From NCBI GenBank assembly GCA_964485855.1, contig CAZAKI010000006.1, forward strand, positions 3,995 to 67,994: a DNA stretch of 64,000 nt, given 5' to 3'. Origin of the DNA: an uncultured Syntrophomonadaceae bacterium. Lineage in GTDB: Bacteria > Bacillota > Dethiobacteria > DTU022. A program made the translations under genes and the position numbers. How positions within the stretch are numbered: the stretch's first letter is position 1; each line of letters opens with the position of its first letter. Below are positions 59,810-64,000 of the stretch, one piece after another. The notes below the pieces were generated by a model that ran no database searches, was not told the origin of the DNA, and saw nothing but the letters and a program-made list of their open reading frames with translations.

Positions 59810-62485
59810 ATGTCTGAACTGAAACTATCCCCTGTATACGATCCAGCTCTAGTTGAGAAGGATCGTTATCAGTTCTGGCTAGAAGGAAATTATTTCAAAG
59901 CCAAACGCGATCCTGACCTTAATCCCTTTACCATAGTGATCCCACCGCCAAATGTAACCGGGTCGTTGCATATGGGTCATGCCCTAAACAATACAATTCA
60001 GGATATATTAATTCGCTGGCGTCGGATGCAGGGTTTCGATACTCTGTGGCTGCCTGGATGTGATCACGCCGGGATTGCCACTCAGAATGTAGTTGAAAAA
60101 CACCTTGCTGAAGAAGGGATTGTTAAAAAGGATCTTGGCCGTGAAGGTTTTCTGGAAAAAGTCTGGCAGTGGAAGGAAACATATCATGCCAGGATTACCA
60201 AACAGCTTTATCGGCTAGGTGTATCCTGTGACTGGTCGCGGGAACGCTTCACCATGGATGAAGGTTGTTCAAAGGCTGTGCGCAAGGTTTTTGTTGATCT
60301 TTACAGACGGGGATTAATCTACCGGGGAGATTACCTGATCAATTGGTGTCCCCGTTGCCATACTGCCCTTTCAGATATCGAAGTTGAACATGAAGAAGAA
60401 ACATCGACGCTTACTCATATTCGCTATCCGTTAGAAGACGGTAGCGGCTCAATCACTGTGGCTACAACCCGCCCGGAAACAATGCTCGGTGATACTGCTG
60501 TGGCGGTTCATCCAGAAGATAGACGCTATCGAAAGCTGGTTGGTAAAAAGGTTGTCTTGCCTCTTTTAGACCGGTTGATACCGATCGTGGCTGATGACTA
60601 TGTAAACCCTGAGTTTGGTAGCGGAGCAGTTAAAGTTACTCCTGGCCACGACCCAAATGATTTTGCGATCGGACAGCGCCACAATCTTGAAGTAATTAAT
60701 ATCATTGATGAAGATGCTAAGATGACTGCCTCTGCCGGTCCGTACGCCGGACTGAACCGCAATCAGTGTCGCAAACAGGTTGTAGAAGACCTGAAAGCTC
60801 TCAAACTGCTTGATAAAATTGAAGACTATGATCATGCTGTCGGACGTTGTCAGCGGTGCAGTACAGCTGTTGAACCACTTGTTTCACGCCAGTGGTTCGT
60901 CAGGATGAAACCGCTGGCTGAACCGGCCCTGGAAGCGGTTGCTGATGAAAGAACATCGTTTGTTCCACCGCGGTTTACCCGCATTTATCAAAACTGGGTT
61001 GAGAACATTCGTGATTGGTGCATATCGAGGCAAATCTGGTGGGGTCATCGTATCCCAGCTTGGTACTGTCAATGTGGCGAAGTGATCGTCGATTATGATC
61101 AGCCGGAAAAATGTCCCTCCTGCGGCGGAAATCTGGAACAGGATTCCGATGTGCTTGATACTTGGTTCAGCTCTGCTCTTTGGCCGTTTTCCACTCTCGG
61201 CTGGCCTGAGGAAACCGCAGATCTTGAACATTTTTATCCGACAAGTGTTTTGGTGACTGCTTACGATATTATTTATTTCTGGGTAGCCAGGATGATGTTT
61301 ATGGGATTGGCTTTTATGAATAGAGAGCCTTTCCATACTGTCTATATTACCGGTTTGGTTCGTGATTCCCAGGGTAGGAAGATGAGCAAATCACTTGGCA
61401 ATGGGATAGACCCGCTTGAAGTTATCGAAAACTACGGAGCTGATACTTTACGGTTCACCCTGGTTACCGGTCAAGCTCCCGGTAATGATCAACGCTTCCG
61501 TCAGGAAAGCGTTGAAGCCGGACGTAATTTCGCCAATAAAATCTGGAATGCTTCCCGCTTTGTTCTTATGAATTTGATGGAGCAAGACCAAAGTGATTTT
61601 GCCTATGAACCTTATGACCCTCTTCAAATGATAACCGGTTTAAAAAGAATTGATAAATGGATTTTACACCGCTATAACGAGACCATACGTGAAGTTGACC
61701 GGCTGCTTGAGGAATATGAACTGGGAGAAGCAGCACGTATGGTTTACGATTTTATTTGGAATGATTTTTGTGATTGGTACGTAGAACTAAGTAAATATTA
61801 TTTATATGGTAAAGAAGAAAAAGTTACTGATCAGGATCGCCAACGGACCAGAAGTTTATTGGTATTGATCATTGATGGAATGATGCGTTTGCTGCATCCG
61901 TTTATGCCGTTTATTTCCGAGGAAATATGGCAACACCTACCCAATCGCGAAGAAGAAGCACTGGTTGTTGCCAAATGGCCGGAATTTAATGCTAATCACC
62001 ATTTCCCAGGTGAAGCTGAAGATCTGTACTTGCTACAGGAAGTTACCCGGGCGATTAGAAATTTACGCAGTCAGGTAAACTTGCCGCCGGGCAAGAAAGC
62101 GGCTGTAATCATCAGGGCGGAAGGGCAAGCAAAAATTTGTCTAGAAGCGGAAAAACATCATCTGTCCAGGTTGGCTTTTGCCGATCCGGTAACCATTGAT
62201 TCGGCTGCAGAAAAACCAAGTCAGGCTTTAACCGAGATAATCGGAGATAGTATTGAAGTATTCTTACCGCTGGAAGGGGTTATTGATCTTGACGCCGAGT
62301 TTGCCCGCCTGGAAAAAGAGAGAGTTCAACTCCAGTCAGAAATGAAAAAAACAGTGGGTAAGCTAAACAGCAATGGTTTTATCAGCAAAGCTCCACCAGA
62401 AGTTGTTGCCACAGAAAAAGCGCGTTACGAGGAACAGAAAGTAAAGATGGTCAAGCTTGAGCAACGACTTCAGGAGCTGAAATAG
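59810..62485 (+). CDS. valS: Valine--tRNA ligase
   Basis: PPPNVTGSLHMGH, WCISRQIWWGH, KMSKS, C-terminal coiled coil. Start ATG 59810 after GAGGTG. Confidence 0.98.
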   Translation: MSELKLSPVYDPALVEKDRYQFWLEGNYFKAKRDPDLNPFTIVIPPPNVTGSLHMGHALNNTIQDILIRWRRMQGFDTLWLPGCDHAGIATQNVVEKHLAEEGIVKKDLGREGFLEKVWQWKETYHARITKQLYRLGVSCDWSRERFTMDEGCSKAVRKVFVDLYRRGLIYRGDYLINWCPRCHTALSDIEVEHEEETSTLTHIRYPLEDGSGSITVATTRPETMLGDTAVAVHPEDRRYRKLVGKKVVLPLLDRLIPIVADDYVNPEFGSGAVKVTPGHDPNDFAIGQRHNLEVINIIDEDAKMTASAGPYAGLNRNQCRKQVVEDLKALKLLDKIEDYDHAVGRCQRCSTAVEPLVSRQWFVRMKPLAEPALEAVADERTSFVPPRFTRIYQNWVENIRDWCISRQIWWGHRIPAWYCQCGEVIVDYDQPEKCPSCGGNLEQDSDVLDTWFSSALWPFSTLGWPEETADLEHFYPTSVLVTAYDIIYFWVARMMFMGLAFMNREPFHTVYITGLVRDSQGRKMSKSLGNGIDPLEVIENYGADTLRFTLVTGQAPGNDQRFRQESVEAGRNFANKIWNASRFVLMNLMEQDQSDFAYEPYDPLQMITGLKRIDKWILHRYNETIREVDRLLEEYELGEAARMVYDFIWNDFCDWYVELSKYYLYGKEEKVTDQDRQRTRSLLVLIIDGMMRLLHPFMPFISEEIWQHLPNREEEALVVAKWPEFNANHHFPGEAEDLYLLQEVTRAIRNLRSQVNLPPGKKAAVIIRAEGQAKICLEAEKHHLSRLAFADPVTIDSAAEKPSQALTEIIGDSIEVFLPLEGVIDLDAEFARLEKERVQLQSEMKKTVGKLNSNGFISKAPPEVVATEKARYEEQKVKMVKLEQRLQELK

Positions 62486-62488
62486 AGA

Positions 62489-63874
62489 ATGGAAATGAAC
62501 TTAACATATCAAGAAGCCCTGGCATGGATCCACAGCCTGGGACGGTTTGGCATCAAACCGGGTCTTGAAAGAATGACCGCGCTACTTGAGATGCTTGATC
62601 ATCCCCAGCACAAAGTACCTTTTGTTCATATTGCCGGCACGAATGGCAAAGGATCAACTGCCGCGATGCTTGCTTCGATGCTGCGTTCTTCCGGTTATCG
62701 TATTGGCCTCTATACTTCACCTTACCTGTTATCATTTACCAACAGGATGGCTGTCAACGGTTCAGACATCCAGGAAGAAGAACTAGTTGAGTTGGTTGCT
62801 ATAGTAAAACCGCTGGTTGAAAAGATCCAATCCGATCCTGCCCTGGGTCATCCTACTGAATTTGAAGTGGTTACAGGGCTGGCGCTTACCTATTTTGCGT
62901 CAGTTGGTGTTGATCTTGTCGTCCTGGAGGTCGGTTTGGGAGGAAGGCTGGATGCCACTAACGTTGTTGATCCACTTTTAAGCATCATTACCAACATCAG
63001 CTTAGAACATACTGCTGTCCTTGGTGATACCATCGAAAAGATAGCTTTCGAGAAGGCCGGGATTATCAAACAGGGCAAGCCTTTACTGACTGCAGCTGAA
63101 GATCAGCAAGCCCTAAATGTTTTTGCACAGCGGTGTGCGGAACTTAACTGTGAAATGTACCGTGTTTATCCACCGCTTGAAAAAATTGAGGCGATCTTAC
63201 CGCATAGGCCTCTGGCAGTATTAAAAGAAATTTCCACCGGAGGTCAGTATTTTGATTATTTTGGGTTTAAGCAGCAATTGCAGGATCTCTTCATTGGTTT
63301 GCGCGGTAGGTACCAAATCATCAATGCAACCACGGCGCTTGCCGCCCTGGAATTGTTGATTGCTCAAGGTTTTACGATAGATCTTAAAGAAGCCAAAAAA
63401 GGTCTGGCCAAAACTGTTTGGCCAGGGAGACTTGAGTTGTTACAAAGTGAGCCGCTGGTAATTATGGACGGGGCTCATAATCCGGCGGCCATTGAGAAGC
63501 TTTCAGAAGCGATCCCCGATTATTTTCATTTTACACGGCTGATTTTGGTTATCGGTATCCTGGCCGATAAAGATGTTGAAGCGATGCTCGTTAAGATTTT
63601 ACCGTTGGCTGATCTAATCATTTTTACTAAGCCAACCATATCGCGCGCTGCGGAACCGGGTAATGTGGCTGATTTTGCCCGAACCAGGCTAGGTTTGCGC
63701 AAAGAACATCTGGTCGTCAGGGATTATCGGGCTGCCCTGGACAGGGCTTTGGATTTAGCTGGACCGGAAGATGCAGTTCTGGTAACCGGTTCATTGTATA
63801 CGGTCAGCGATATTCGTGCTTACTATTGTGAACGTTATCAACTACCATCCGGATCTTCCGATTATCAGCAATAA
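62489..63874 (+). CDS. folC: Folylpolyglutamate synthase/dihydrofolate synthase
   Basis: GTNGKGS, YTSPYL, EVGLGGRLDATN, WPGRLE, DGAHN, GSLY. Confidence 0.97.
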   Translation: MEMNLTYQEALAWIHSLGRFGIKPGLERMTALLEMLDHPQHKVPFVHIAGTNGKGSTAAMLASMLRSSGYRIGLYTSPYLLSFTNRMAVNGSDIQEEELVELVAIVKPLVEKIQSDPALGHPTEFEVVTGLALTYFASVGVDLVVLEVGLGGRLDATNVVDPLLSIITNISLEHTAVLGDTIEKIAFEKAGIIKQGKPLLTAAEDQQALNVFAQRCAELNCEMYRVYPPLEKIEAILPHRPLAVLKEISTGGQYFDYFGFKQQLQDLFIGLRGRYQIINATTALAALELLIAQGFTIDLKEAKKGLAKTVWPGRLELLQSEPLVIMDGAHNPAAIEKLSEAIPDYFHFTRLILVIGILADKDVEAMLVKILPLADLIIFTKPTISRAAEPGNVADFARTRLGLRKEHLVVRDYRAALDRALDLAGPEDAVLVTGSLYTVSDIRAYYCERYQLPSGSSDYQQ

Positions 63875-64000
63875 AAATCAGAAATTCAGGCAGGAATTAT
63901 GATAATTATCACGAAAGCTATTAAGTGTTTTTTATTTAGTTGGATTAACCATTTTTGACCTCGCTCTCAGAAGCTTGGTTGCAACTGGGTTGTTATTAAT

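Noticed and set aside
63900-63911. TGATAATTATCA palindrome as a Fur box
   Set aside because: It is a 6-0-6 rather than 7-1-7 arrangement, and the downstream gene is outside the window.
1-64000. CRISPR arrays, rRNA, IS elements, and the many 60-170 aa ORFs nested in or antisense to larger genes
   Set aside because: No repeat-spacer periodicity, rRNA signature or transposase motif seen; the nested ORFs lack RBS or domain evidence and overlap confidently assigned genes.

Overview
A 64-kb chromosomal window from an anaerobic Bacillota (Firmicute). Gene content suggests a Dethiobacteria/Syntrophomonadia-like lineage; this is inference only. Layout: (1) 0-17.5 kb: end of a symporter, larE, a corrinoid protein plus a non-pyrrolysine MttB-family methyltransferase, a complete Opp/Dpp-type ABC importer, four co-oriented hydrolases (a 1050-aa signal-less gingipain/C25-like protein, C45 Ntn hydrolase, M20 amidohydrolase, MBL hydrolase) and glpK. 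(2) 17.5-28 kb: DUF502, DUF192, tRNA-Gln and tRNA-His, LiaF-like, a divergent MurE-like ligase, ferredoxin, a DnaA-box cluster, an unannotated 25/26-codon lipopeptide gene ending CSSGG-TGA-TAA followed by a SECIS-like hairpin (best novelty candidate), an M24 peptidase and fadR-fadN-fadA. (3) 28-37 kb: tig-clpP-clpX-lon-engB, an orphan dehydratase activase, bioY/birA. (4) 37.5-58.3 kb: an amine/glutamate oxidation supercluster (sigma-54 activator, gabT, AOR, Stn-type transhydrogenase, gdhA, receiver-PPDK_N fusion, korDABC, GlnKL-like two-component system). (5) pgi, valS, folC. I saw no CRISPR array, rRNA, integrase or transposase. Family assignments come from motifs read by eye; no database searches were run.
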